Of a DNA stretch of 64,000 nucleotides, positions 1-13,205 are shown piece by piece. This stretch comes from Myxococcota bacterium (GTDB taxonomy: Bacteria; Myxococcota_A; Polyangia; Nannocystales; Nannocystaceae), in the NCBI GenBank assembly GCA_039028615.1, contig JBCCHT010000003.1, forward strand, positions 32,001 through 96,000, given 5' to 3'. Under the pieces are notes generated by a model, which was given only the letters and a program-made list of their open reading frames with translations, searched no databases and was not told where the DNA came from. The first letter of the stretch is position 1, and each line of letters begins with the position of its first letter. Made by a program: the position numbers and the translations under genes.

Positions 1-187
1 CGTACGCATCGAGTGCCTTGAGGAACAGCTCACGTTTGCTTCCGAACGTGTCGTAGAGGCTCTTGCGCCCGATCCCGAGGGCCGTCTCGAGCTCCGACAG
101 CGACGTGCTTCGGTAGCCGTTGTTCCAGAACACATGCAACGCTCGTTGCAGTGCCTGCTCTGGGTCGAAGTTCTTGGGTCGAACCAT
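1..187 (-). CDS. TetR/AcrR family transcriptional regulator (N-terminal part; runs off the window start)
   Basis: Manual translation from ATG at 187: MVRPKNFDPEQALQRALHVFWNNGYRSTSLSELETALGIGRKSLYDTFGSKRELFLKALDAY, a classic TetR HTH. Absent from the ORF track because it is truncated. Confidence 0.9.
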   Translation of the reverse strand, partial: MVRPKNFDPEQALQRALHVFWNNGYRSTSLSELETALGIGRKSLYDTFGSKRELFLKALDAY

Positions 188-210
188 GGAACCGCCGCTC
201 GATTAGAGTT

Positions 211-226
211 CACACCGATTGGTCAC
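211..226. promoter_or_regulatory. Putative TetR operator (copy 1)
   Basis: CACACCGATTGGTCAC, about 24 bp upstream of the TetR start; matches the reverse complement of 1429-1444 at 12/16 positions. Confidence 0.6.
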
Positions 227-267
227 GAACGGCAATCCGATCCCGTAGCGGGCCCCGCGCATCATCG

Positions 268-1266
268 TCAGTCGGTCATTGCGTGGAAGATCATTCGCTT
301 GCAGTGGCTGTGCGTGAACACGTCGACGCCAGCGAGCTTGCCCTCCCATTTGTCTTCGACCTCTTCCGCGCACATCTCCGACATCCGGTCGAGCCCGAAG
401 TTCACGGTGACCCAGGTGTTCCGTGATTTGGCCGCTCGCTTGCCGAGCGTGCTGATATCGAGGGATGCGTAGGCGGCCGTGGCACCGTGCTTGATGTCGA
501 GCACGTACTGCCGTTGGTCGGCCACGTCTTGGTACGACCCCAAGTTCGCGTGGCCACCGATGAAGTAGTCGAAGTCATACTCGAGCAGCGTGTCGTAGAC
601 CTCGAAGTACGCACCGATGTCTTCGGCGACCGCGAACTCGTGGATGGGAGTCCACTTCGGAAACGCGATGTCGATCATCGTCAGGACCTTCTGCCGAGGC
701 AGATGGATCGCGATGTTCCCGGGGCTATGGGCGGGCCCGTGATACGCGAGCTCGATGAGTTCGCCCCCGACCTCGAGCGAATATCGTTGATTGAAGGTCA
801 CCGTTGGTACCGGCCGTGCGGGGTCGTCGTGGGCGGCGAGAATGGATCCGGTGATCTCGTGGGCGATGATCGTCACGTCTCCGAAGATGTTCGCGGCGCC
901 GATATGGTCGTCGTGGCTATGGGAGTAGATGAGGTGGCTGACGGGCTTGTCCGTGACCTCTCGTATGGCATCGAGGTAGGACTCGCCGATCGAAGGGGGC
1001 GCATCGATGGCCACGACGCTGGTCTCCGTCTCCACGAACATGGTGTTGTGGGACCATCCGGCCAGGAAATAGACTCCATCCGAGAGTTCCTCGAGGTAGT
1101 AGCCTTTGTCGGGATCGACGGGGTGTGCCTTCGAGTCTTCGGGTATCGGCAGATGATAGATGCCCGTCAGGCTCAGAAAGTCGTTGGCGGGCGTGATCAG
1201 GATTGCGACCCAAATGGAGAGGGCCGCGATACCGGCGACGAGGAGTTTGGTGAGGTGCTTTTTCAT
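268..1266 (-). CDS. Exported/membrane-anchored MBL-fold metallo-hydrolase
   Basis: HSHDDH (HxHxDH) motif, downstream HSPG, D and GGH ligands; hydrophobic N-terminus. Confidence 0.85.
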   Translation of the reverse strand: MKKHLTKLLVAGIAALSIWVAILITPANDFLSLTGIYHLPIPEDSKAHPVDPDKGYYLEELSDGVYFLAGWSHNTMFVETETSVVAIDAPPSIGESYLDAIREVTDKPVSHLIYSHSHDDHIGAANIFGDVTIIAHEITGSILAAHDDPARPVPTVTFNQRYSLEVGGELIELAYHGPAHSPGNIAIHLPRQKVLTMIDIAFPKWTPIHEFAVAEDIGAYFEVYDTLLEYDFDYFIGGHANLGSYQDVADQRQYVLDIKHGATAAYASLDISTLGKRAAKSRNTWVTVNFGLDRMSEMCAEEVEDKWEGKLAGVDVFTHSHCKRMIFHAMTD

Positions 1267-1428
1267 CGGTCGAGATCGCTCGATGCGTCCGGGAGCACAG
1301 GGCGTCCGGGCGCTACGCTTCGCGCGACTGGCAGACCAGGAGCCCTCGTTCAGTCGCGGCAGGAATGATGGTTTTGGGCGCGTGAAGGACGGAGCCAGGC
1401 CGGCTTCGTGCTGTGCGCAGATTCATAA

Positions 1429-1444
1429 TTGACTGATCGGTGTA
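1429..1444. promoter_or_regulatory. Putative TetR operator (copy 2) in the AT-rich promoter region of the MBL gene
   Basis: TTGACTGATCGGTGTA (reverse complement TACACCGATCAGTCAA), flanked by ATTCATAA and AAAT. Confidence 0.55.
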
Positions 1445-1611
1445 AAATGGTCAAACGCTTTCGAAACGGAAAGCGCGTCGAGCCCAATCCTCTATTCATG
1501 TGCTCAGGTAGGACCTTGTATGCGCGGTACCGCGCGGCCCGGTTGACCTACCTGAACATTTTTGCGGAAAACTGGACGAGCGCACAGTACTGGTCCAATG
1601 TCCGGTTCGTG

Positions 1612-1893
1612 ATGACGAACTCTCTGGATCGTGACGTTCTTGCCGTTCTGCGGGCCCTTTTCGAGTTGGCCGAGGTCGACATGCCCGCCTCTGCGGCGTT
1701 GGTCGCGGCACTGCTCGGCCTCGAGGATGCGCAGTGTTCTGCGTATATCGCGCAGTTGAAGAACCGCCGGTTGATCCAACGCGATCGCCTCGGCCTGACC
1801 ATGGTCGGCCTGGCATTGGCGCTGGCACTTCCCCCCATCGAGCCGGTCTCCATGAAGCGCCCGCCCGCCGTCGAGCTTCGAACCGCGGCTTGA
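1612..1893 (+). CDS. Small hypothetical protein, possible winged-HTH DNA-binding protein
   Basis: MTNSLDRDVLAVLRALFELAE...LVAALLGL...YIAQLKNRRLI...GLTMVG resembles a wHTH. Start moved from 1429 to the ATG at 1612. Confidence 0.55.
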   Translation: MTNSLDRDVLAVLRALFELAEVDMPASAALVAALLGLEDAQCSAYIAQLKNRRLIQRDRLGLTMVGLALALALPPIEPVSMKRPPAVELRTAA

Positions 1894-2003
1894 ACGTTTT
1901 TCAATAGAAGCCGTTTCTGGGGCGTCTAGAGCTACAGAAATCGATGTAACCAGTGTTCACACCGTAGGGGGTTTTTGTTAGTTTTCGCGCAGAGGACATC
2001 CCA

Positions 2004-3560
2004 TTGACCGACAAGGAGCTCGAAGCCCGTCGCCGTTTGTTTTCCCGCCGTCGCACCCTGCAGGGCGCTGGAGCATTGCTGTCGACCACGGTCGCGTGCA
2101 GTGACGACGACGTGCCTGCGACCGGTGGCAGCGGCGAAGGTTCGTCCAGCTCCGGTGAAGCGCCGGGCAGTACCGGCGAGCCGAGCGGAATGGATACGAC
2201 CGGTGGCAGCACCAGTGGTGTGGCCGGAACTTCGGACGGTGCCGACGGTGCCGACAGCACGGGTGACGAGAGCACGGGCGAGCCCGAAGAGCTGACCCCG
2301 GAGGAGCTGCTCGCCAACGTCGACCACATCATCGTGCTGTGCATGGAGAACCGGTCCTTCGACAACTACTTGGGCTCGCTCCAGCTGCTCGAAGGACACA
2401 AAGACGTCGACGGCCTCGATGGGACCGAGACCAACCCGGATCAGAATGGGGAGCCGGTCGGCGTCTCCGTGCTCAACGACTTCACGCCGCTCGATCCTCC
2501 GCACGGCTGGGGTGACTGCCACAACCAGTGGAACGACGGTGCGCTCGATGGCTTCGTCACCGAGCAGTTCCAGTCCCACGGCGACGCCGTGAAGCACGAA
2601 GTCATGGGCTATCACATCCGCCAGCACCTCCCGGTGACCTACGCGCTGGCCGATGCCTATACCGTCTGCGACGCGTGGTTCTGCTCGCTGCTCGCTCAGA
2701 CCTGGCCCAACCGCTACTACCTGCACTGCGGCGACGGCAGCGGAGGCACCAGCAATGTGCCCGCCACCCCGCTCCCGCAGTCGATCATGGATGCCTGCGA
2801 CGACGCAGGCATCAGCAACATGAACTACTACGACGGCCTCGTGTCCTGGCGCTGGGGGGCCTTCCCCGTGACCGGCTTCTCCAGCACGGCCGGTATGGGC
2901 GAGTTCTTCGACAAGCTGGAAAACGGCGGGCTCGAGCAGGTCGTCATCCTCGATCCCGACTTCCTCAGCAACGACGATCATCCGCCCAACAACATCCAGC
3001 TGGGCCAGGCGCTCATCGGTACCATCTACACCGCGCTCGCCAACTCGCAGTACTGGGAGCGCAGCCTGCTCATCATCACCTACGACGAGCACGGCGGGTT
3101 TTATGACCACGTGCCGCCGCCCACCACCGTGGACGCCAACGGCCCCGACTTCCAGCAGATGGGCTTCCGCGTGCCCACCCTGGTGATCGGGCCGCACGTG
3201 CGCTCGGGTTTCGTCGATCACACCGTGCTCGAGCACTGCTCGTTCGCGGCGACCGTGAGCACGCGCTTTGGCATCCCGCCGCTCAACGATCGGGTCGCGG
3301 CCACGCCTGATGTCTCGAGCTGCATCGATCCCGCGTTCGTCGACGACCCGCAGCCGCCGATTCGGGTGCCGAGCCTGCAGGTCAAGGATTCCGATCTGGA
3401 CGCGGTGGGGACCTTCACGAGCCAGCCGGAGCTGATGGAGGCGATGGGGATCGAGATGCCGCTGACGCCCGAGCGGCGGTCGGAGCATCGCGCGGGGGTC
3501 GAGCGATTGCTCGACGAGGCCGAGCGCCAGGGCGTGGTGAAGCGCGAACGCGGCGTGTAG
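2004..3560 (+). CDS. Phosphoesterase / phospholipase C-like (PlcN/AcpA superfamily) Tat lipoprotein
   Basis: MENRSFD, TWPNR, DDHP and TYDEHGGFYDHV motifs; SRRRTL twin-arginine signal, TVAC lipobox, Ser/Gly/Thr linker. Confidence 0.9.
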   Translation: MTDKELEARRRLFSRRRTLQGAGALLSTTVACSDDDVPATGGSGEGSSSSGEAPGSTGEPSGMDTTGGSTSGVAGTSDGADGADSTGDESTGEPEELTPEELLANVDHIIVLCMENRSFDNYLGSLQLLEGHKDVDGLDGTETNPDQNGEPVGVSVLNDFTPLDPPHGWGDCHNQWNDGALDGFVTEQFQSHGDAVKHEVMGYHIRQHLPVTYALADAYTVCDAWFCSLLAQTWPNRYYLHCGDGSGGTSNVPATPLPQSIMDACDDAGISNMNYYDGLVSWRWGAFPVTGFSSTAGMGEFFDKLENGGLEQVVILDPDFLSNDDHPPNNIQLGQALIGTIYTALANSQYWERSLLIITYDEHGGFYDHVPPPTTVDANGPDFQQMGFRVPTLVIGPHVRSGFVDHTVLEHCSFAATVSTRFGIPPLNDRVAATPDVSSCIDPAFVDDPQPPIRVPSLQVKDSDLDAVGTFTSQPELMEAMGIEMPLTPERRSEHRAGVERLLDEAERQGVVKRERGV

Positions 3561-3572
3561 CTCGCGGCCGAC

Positions 3573-4718
3573 TCAGAGCACGCGGGCGCCTTCGTGCGCC
3601 TGCTCGACATAGGCCCGCGCCTCGCCGCCGAAGCGATCGACGGTGCTGCGGGCGAAGTCGGGGGCGGCCTCCTGCTCGACCAGCGCCACCACGCAGCCGG
3701 CAAAGCCGGCCCCGGTCAGTCGCGCGCCGATGCACGCGGGATGGCTGGCGGCGAGCTCCACCATGCGATCGAGGGCGGGCGCGCTGACGCGGTAGTCGTC
3801 GCGGAGGCTGCGGTGGGCCTGGCCGAGCAGCGCACCCATGCGGGCGTGATCGTCGGTGCTCATCGCTTCGACCATGGCCACGGTGCGGGCGTTTTCCTCG
3901 ACGCCGTGGCGCACGTAGGGATGCAGCGAGGTGGGCAGGCGACGGAGCGCGGCGGGCAGATCGTCGATGTCGCGCAGGGCAGCCACGCCGAGGGTCTGCG
4001 CCGCGGTCTCGCAGGCCTGCCGACGGGCGTTGAACTCGGAGTCGCCCAGCTCGCGGCGGGTGCCGGTATCGAGCACGACCACGGCGAGCGACTCGGGCAA
4101 AGGCTGGGGGGCGACGGCGCCCGAGCGACAGTCGATGAACAGCGCGTGCCCGGCCCGGCCCGCGGCGGAGCAGAGCTGATCCATCAGCCCACAGCGCACG
4201 CCCACGAACTCGGACTCGGCACGCTGGCAGGTGCGGGCGGCGAGCTCGGGGTCCCAGGCCCACCCGGACAACTCGGCGAGGCCGCGGGCGAGGGCCAGCT
4301 CGAGGGCGGCGGAGCTGGACAGGCCCGCCCCGGTGGGCACGGTGGAGGTGATGGCGGCATCGAAGCCGGGGCACTGCACGCCGGCTTGTTGCAGGGCCCA
4401 CACCACGCCGCGCGGATACTTGGTCCAGTCGGCGTGGGAGAGCGGGGCGCCGAGCGAGTCGGTGGTGAAGCTGGCGAATTGCTGAAAGTCGAGGGCGGCG
4501 ATGTTGATCTCGTCGTCGTCACGCGGGGCGATGGCGATGCGAGTGGCCAGCCCCAGCGCGACGGGCAGCACGAAGCCATCGCTATAGTCGGTGTGCTCGC
4601 CGATCAGGTTGACCCGGCCGGGGGCCACGGTGACGAGGGCGGGCGCACGGTCGAAGAGGCCGCGAAAGCCCGCCGTCAGGGCAACCGCGCGGGGATCGTC
4701 GTGGATCGTCATCATCAT
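3573..4718 (-). CDS. galK: Galactokinase
   Basis: APGRVNLIGEHTDY, PTGAGLSSSAA and GARLTGAGFAGC motifs; start at 4718 overlaps the upstream stop (ATGA). Confidence 0.95.
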   Translation of the reverse strand: MMMTIHDDPRAVALTAGFRGLFDRAPALVTVAPGRVNLIGEHTDYSDGFVLPVALGLATRIAIAPRDDDEINIAALDFQQFASFTTDSLGAPLSHADWTKYPRGVVWALQQAGVQCPGFDAAITSTVPTGAGLSSSAALELALARGLAELSGWAWDPELAARTCQRAESEFVGVRCGLMDQLCSAAGRAGHALFIDCRSGAVAPQPLPESLAVVVLDTGTRRELGDSEFNARRQACETAAQTLGVAALRDIDDLPAALRRLPTSLHPYVRHGVEENARTVAMVEAMSTDDHARMGALLGQAHRSLRDDYRVSAPALDRMVELAASHPACIGARLTGAGFAGCVVALVEQEAAPDFARSTVDRFGGEARAYVEQAHEGARVL

Positions 4719-5824
4719 GGGCTCGTGAGGCGCTGCGCGACGATCTGCTCGAGTCGCTCGCGGTGGGTGTGAAGGTCGGACCGTGACTTGATGGGGAGGA
4801 AGCGCTCGGCACCGACTTCGATCACCGCGGTGGGCAAGAAGTCGGAGAGCTGACCCACCAGCTGCTCGAACTGGAGCACTGGCCGGGAGCCACCGTCGGC
4901 ATCGATGGTCTTGGGCACGAGGTGCCAGGCCAGCGGCGGTGCGGCCAGCAGCGCGGGCAGCTCGATCCACAGGTTGTTGATCGAGCAATGGGTGAAGGGG
5001 CGCGCAGCGGCGACGGGATCGAGACGAAAATCTTCGATGACCACGGGCCACCCGCGCGGGCCGGCGGCGATGAACGAGCCCACCCGCTCGGCGGGGCGGG
5101 CGATGGCCTCGGCGGTCATGGCTGCACCGCGATCGACCTGCGCGAGGTGAAACCCCAGCAGCACCGGATCGAGGCAGGCCCCGACGTTATCGACATTGGA
5201 CACGAACAGGGTCTGAACCCCGCGCTGCAGCAGCGTTTGACCGAGTCCGGTTTCACGAAGCGCACGGACGAGCGCGCCGTGCCCCGTGCTGGCGCGGGCC
5301 CAGGGCGCATCGGCGGGGGTCAGCGGCTGCCCGTCGGGATCGAGCCGCGGCAGGGTTGGTTGGATGACGCGATGCCGTGCCTGTGGAGCGAGCCCCAGCC
5401 AATCGAGCCGCTGCAGGTGCGCCTCGCTGGGCTCCGCGGTGTGTTCCCCGTGCATGAGCACGACCGGGGTCTGTACGCTAAAGCGGTAGGCGGAGGCCAC
5501 GATGCATGCCAGGAAGCTGGCGTCGGGGCGCTCGGGCACCACGGGGACCACGCCCTTGGCTCCGCCGCCGAAGCGGGTGGCCATGCCTCCGTTGAGCACC
5601 ACGCGGGCCACGCGGCCCGATTGCAGCGCCGACTCGCCACGGCCTGCCCACTGCGCAATTCGGTAGCGAGAGGCCCCTTGCACGGCGACCGGGGGCTCGC
5701 GCGGAGGGTTGACATCGAAGTCGACGAAATTGGCCTGGGGTGGCCGAGCCCCGCCGCGAACCCACGCGCAAAGCCGCTCGAGCAGCTCCGGGTCGCGGGA
5801 CTCGAGCCGGTGGTCACCAGGCAT
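4715..5824 (-). CDS. UDP-sugar pyrophosphorylase, eukaryote-type UDPGP/UAP family
   Basis: LNGGMATRFGGGAKG, STGHG, SNVDN and FLPIK motifs of the UDPGP family; not a GalU or GalT-type protein. Confidence 0.85.
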   Translation of the reverse strand: MPGDHRLESRDPELLERLCAWVRGGARPPQANFVDFDVNPPREPPVAVQGASRYRIAQWAGRGESALQSGRVARVVLNGGMATRFGGGAKGVVPVVPERPDASFLACIVASAYRFSVQTPVVLMHGEHTAEPSEAHLQRLDWLGLAPQARHRVIQPTLPRLDPDGQPLTPADAPWARASTGHGALVRALRETGLGQTLLQRGVQTLFVSNVDNVGACLDPVLLGFHLAQVDRGAAMTAEAIARPAERVGSFIAAGPRGWPVVIEDFRLDPVAAARPFTHCSINNLWIELPALLAAPPLAWHLVPKTIDADGGSRPVLQFEQLVGQLSDFLPTAVIEVGAERFLPIKSRSDLHTHRERLEQIVAQRLTSP

Positions 5825-5881
5825 GAGATACGCTATAGCGGAAGCGTGAGGTGCGTCAAGCCGCAGCCGTCGACCCCCGCT

Positions 5882-8227
5882 CTACAGAGCGGTCTGGGCC
5901 GCGTCGAGGGCGCGGTCGATGGCGCCGAGCAAGAGCGTCGCGTCGAGCTCGTCGAAGGGCAGCGGGGGTTTGATCTTGAGGACGTTGTGGAAGGGGCCAT
6001 CGACGCTGAGCAGGATGCCCGCGGCGCGGCAGTGCTGGACCACTGCGTTCGCCACGTCGTAGGCGGGCTCCTTGCTCGCCCGGTCGCGCACGAGCTCGGC
6101 TCCGATGAACATGCCCATGCCGCGGACGTCCCCGATGACCGGGTGCTTGTCGGCCAGCGCTCGCAGGCCGGCTTGGAGCTGCTTGCCCACGCGCGCCGCC
6201 TGCCGCATCAGCCCATCGCCTTCGATGACGTCGAGCACGGCCAGTCCCACCTTCGACGAGACGGGGTTGCCCCCGAAGGTGTTGAAGTACTCCATGCCGT
6301 TGGCGAACTGGTCGGCGATGGCGCGGGTGGTGATCACCGCAGCCATGGGGTGACCGTTGCCGATGGGCTTGCCCATGGTGACGATGTCGGGCCGGGCCCC
6401 CTGCGCCTCGAAGGCCCACATATGGCTGCCCGCGCGGCCGAAGCCCACCTGGACCTCGTCGGCGATGGCCACTCCGCCCGCCTCGCGCACGAGGTCGAAG
6501 GCCCTCGCCAGGTAGCCGCCGGGCGGCACGACCTGACCGCCGCAGCCGAGCAGGGACTCGGCGAACAGGGCCGCGACGGGTCGCCCCGCGTCGGCGGCTC
6601 GCTGCAGCCCCTCGCCCACGGTCTGTTGGGCGAACTGGGCCCCCTCGATGCCCGCCGCCGAGCGGTAGGGATCGGGCGCCGCGGCCACGTGCACGTGCTC
6701 GGGTCGGCCCGCGCCGCCGCGACCATCGAACTTGTAGGGGCTGAGCTCGACCAGGCTGCTGGTGTGCCCGTGGTAGGCGTGGTCGAGGACCATCACGTCG
6801 CGGCGCTCGGTGGCGGTCCGAGCCATGCGCAGCGCCAGCTCGTTGGCTTCGCTGCCCGTGCACACCAAAAAGCAGACCTCGAGGTGCTTGGGCAGGGTGC
6901 CGAGCAGTCGCTCGACGTAGTCGACGATGGCGTCGTGCAGGTAGCGGGTATTGGTGTTGAGCTCGGCCGCTTGCTGGCTGAGCGCCTGCACGACCTTGGG
7001 GTGCGAGTGCCCCACGTGACACACGTTGTTGACGCAGTCGAGGTAGCCCTGCCCGTGCGCGTCGTACAGGTACTGCATGCGGCCGCGGACGATCTTCAGC
7101 GGCTCTTCGTAGCTGAGGCTGAGGCTCGGGCCGAGGTGACGCCGACGGCCCTGCACCAGCGCCGACGAGCTGCGTCCGTGGGGGATGAGCAGGGGCAGCC
7201 CGCAGCGCTGACGCAGGCGGTCGCGCAGGGTCCGGGGACCGAGCTCACTCAGCCGTCGCAGCAGCGTCCACGCCCCGTCCTCGCTCACGGTGGCGGCCGC
7301 GTTGTCTGGATCAGCGGCCGCGGTCTTGGCCGAGTTGACCACCGACACCGCCAGCCGGGCCCGCGTGGCGTCGTAGAACAGGTCGAGCTCCTCGGCCGTG
7401 AAGGGCACGACGGAGTGGTAGCCCGCGGCGAGCTGAGCGATGGCCTCGATGGGGTCCTTGGGGCGGTGGAAGGCAGCATAGGTCGCGGCGATGACCGCCT
7501 CGAACATGCGCCCGCTCTCCATCAGGTCGCCGAAGTCGAAGAGCCCGCAGACGCGGTCGCCATCGACCAGCACGTTGTAGTCGTTGGCGTCGTTGTGAAT
7601 GATGCCGCGGGGCAGCTGGTCGAGGACGGGCGCGATGCGGGCCTGGAACTGGAGCAGCGCGTGGTCGACCCAGGCGCGGCGTCGAGGGTCGGTGATCAGA
7701 TCGAGGTGATCGACGATCCACGCCGAGCGAGCCAGGTCCCAGGGCAGGGGCCGGTTTTGGGCGGGGTGCTCGACTCCGGCCAGCACTTGGTCGACGCGGC
7801 CCAGGCCCTGGCCGAAGTTGCGCAGCAGGGCATCCGAGGGCGTGCCCGCGTCGGCGAGCAGGGTGCCCTCGAGGTAGTCGACCAGGCGCACGACGTGGCG
7901 CAAGCCCGTGCTGCTCTCGACCTCGGCCAGCGGCTTGCCGCGGCTGCGAAACACGGCCGGGGTCTCCAGCTCCAGCTGTGCGTGGGCCAGCGCGTCCATG
8001 GCCACGCACTCGAATTCCATCTCGGCATGGTCCGTCTGATCGTTGGCGATCTTCAGGACCCAGCGCCGGGTGTGACTGCTGTCGCCGCCCGTCTCGGCTT
8101 CGATCAGAAAGTTCCGATCGATATAGCTGGGCAGCGGCGACGCCGAACCTTCGACGCCGAAGTGGCGACGCACGATCTCTTCCGCATCGCGTGGCGAAAA
8201 CGTGGGGAGAACGAAGTGGTCAGTCAC
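5882..8227 (-). CDS. Bifunctional APH-like kinase + class III PLP aminotransferase/phospho-lyase (hydroxylysine kinase / 5-phosphohydroxylysine phospho-lyase-like)
   Basis: N-terminal kinase with WVLKI, HNDANDYN and DFGD; C-terminal YLDCVNNVCHVGH, ADEVQVGFGR and PDIVTMGKPIGNG (PLP Lys), typical of the AGXT2L group. Confidence 0.85.
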   Translation of the reverse strand: MTDHFVLPTFSPRDAEEIVRRHFGVEGSASPLPSYIDRNFLIEAETGGDSSHTRRWVLKIANDQTDHAEMEFECVAMDALAHAQLELETPAVFRSRGKPLAEVESSTGLRHVVRLVDYLEGTLLADAGTPSDALLRNFGQGLGRVDQVLAGVEHPAQNRPLPWDLARSAWIVDHLDLITDPRRRAWVDHALLQFQARIAPVLDQLPRGIIHNDANDYNVLVDGDRVCGLFDFGDLMESGRMFEAVIAATYAAFHRPKDPIEAIAQLAAGYHSVVPFTAEELDLFYDATRARLAVSVVNSAKTAAADPDNAAATVSEDGAWTLLRRLSELGPRTLRDRLRQRCGLPLLIPHGRSSSALVQGRRRHLGPSLSLSYEEPLKIVRGRMQYLYDAHGQGYLDCVNNVCHVGHSHPKVVQALSQQAAELNTNTRYLHDAIVDYVERLLGTLPKHLEVCFLVCTGSEANELALRMARTATERRDVMVLDHAYHGHTSSLVELSPYKFDGRGGAGRPEHVHVAAAPDPYRSAAGIEGAQFAQQTVGEGLQRAADAGRPVAALFAESLLGCGGQVVPPGGYLARAFDLVREAGGVAIADEVQVGFGRAGSHMWAFEAQGARPDIVTMGKPIGNGHPMAAVITTRAIADQFANGMEYFNTFGGNPVSSKVGLAVLDVIEGDGLMRQAARVGKQLQAGLRALADKHPVIGDVRGMGMFIGAELVRDRASKEPAYDVANAVVQHCRAAGILLSVDGPFHNVLKIKPPLPFDELDATLLLGAIDRALDAAQTAL

Positions 8228-8241
8228 GGCCTCACCTCTAG

Positions 8242-11579
<3,338 letters not shown>

Positions 11580-11580
<1 letters not shown>

Positions 11581-13112
11581 TGGAACTGGGTACGCTCGAT
11601 CTGGTCACCTTTGTGGCCTTCGTCGCCGTGGTGGTGATCGTCTCGCTGTGGGCGTCGCGCAGCGAGGGCTCGGCCGAGGGCTACTTCTTGGCCGGCCGCG
11701 GCCTGAGCTGGAGCTTCATCGGCCTGTCGCTCATTGCCTCGAACATCTCCACCGAGCAGTTCGTGGGCATGGCGAGCGCCGGCTTCGGCGAGATGGGCCT
11801 GGCGGTGGCCGCCTACGAGTGGATCGCCGCCGTCACCCTTGTGTTCGTGGCCCTGGTACTGCTGCCTCGGTTCCTGCGCTCGGGTATCTACACCATCCCC
11901 GAGTACCTCGCGCTGCGCTACGACGAGCGGGCTCGCCTGGTCATGAGCCTGCTGATGCTCGTGATGTACGCCTTCGTCGCGCTCGCCTCCATCCTCTACT
12001 CGGGTGCGCTGGGGCTACGGGCGATCTTCGGCCTCGACCTGCCCCTCGGGGTGTGGATGCTGGGGATCTTGGCCGCGGTCTACACCGTCTATGGCGGTTT
12101 GAAGGCGGTGGTGTGGTCCGACCTCATTCAGGGCATCGCGCTGCTCGTGGGCGGGGCCTTGGTGGCCTGGCTGGCTCTCGACGCGGTGGGCGGACTCGAT
12201 GCCTTCATGGCGCGCTCGGGCGAAAAGCTGCACCTGGTGCTGCCCGCCGACCACCCGGAGCTGCCGTGGACGGCGCTGCTGCTCGGCATCTGGATCCCCA
12301 ACCTGTTTTACTGGGGGCTCAATCAGTTCATCACACAGCGGACCTTGGGCGCACAGAGCCTGGCCGAGGGCCAGCGCGGCGTCATCTTGGCCGCGGTCAT
12401 CAAGCTGTTCATCCCCTTCATCGTGGTGTTCCCCGGCATCGTGGCCTACCAGCTCTATGCCTCGGAGATCGGCTCCCCCGATCAGGCCTATCCCGTGTTG
12501 GTGACCCACCTGCTGCCCGCCGGGCTGCGGGGCTTCATGCTCGCCGCGCTGTTCGGGGCGATCATGAGCAGCCTCGACTCGCTGCTCAACTCGGCCTCCA
12601 CCATCTTCACCATGGACGTCTATCGTCGTCACTGGGGCTCGCAGGCGACCACCGCCCAGCTGGTCTCGGTGGGGCGCTGGGCCACGGGCGGCCTGGTGGT
12701 GTTCGGGTGCCTGGTCGCGCCTCACCTCGACGATCCGCGCTTGGGCGGCATCTTCAAGTACATCCAGATGTTCCAGGGCTTCATCTCGCCCGGCATCGTG
12801 GTGGTGTTCATCTTCGCGTTGGTGGTGCCCCGGGCTTCGGCCGCGGCCGCCTTGGTCGGCCTGCTCGGCAACATCCCCGTCTATGGCTTGTTGCTGTGGC
12901 TGCTGCCCGACGTCGCGTTCCTCAACCACATGGCCTTCACCGCGGTGGCCCTGGCGGTGGCGATGTTGCTGGTGACGTGGTGGCGGCCGGGCCCGGTGCG
13001 AACACCCGACGAGGTCGAGCCGGCGGTGAGCATGGAGACCAGCCGCGGCAGCGCGATCGGTGGGGCCGTGGTGGTCGTCGCCGTCGTGGCGCTGTACGCC
13101 CTGCTGTGGTGA
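11580..13112 (+). CDS. Sodium:solute symporter (SGLT-like sugar transporter)
   Basis: YFLAGR, ASNISTEQFVG, GGLKAVVWSD and YWGLNQFITQR motifs; many TM segments; start overlaps the lacZ stop (TGATG). Confidence 0.93.
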
Positions 13113-13205
13113 ATTCGAGCCGTAGCGGGCCATGACCAGGATCGGGCCGGGCGACTTCGTCGGCCGAGTGTTACATGAGCTCGGTCGGCGACGTCTTGAC
13201 GGCCA

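Noticed and set aside
135..150. TGCAACGCTCGTTGCA palindrome resembling the Fur-family box
   Set aside because: It lies inside the TetR coding sequence, has 6-nt rather than 5-nt spacing, and is far from the metal locus.
268..1266. MBL-fold protein as an antibiotic-resistance beta-lactamase
   Set aside because: The fold motif alone does not indicate beta-lactamase activity, and there is no mobile context.
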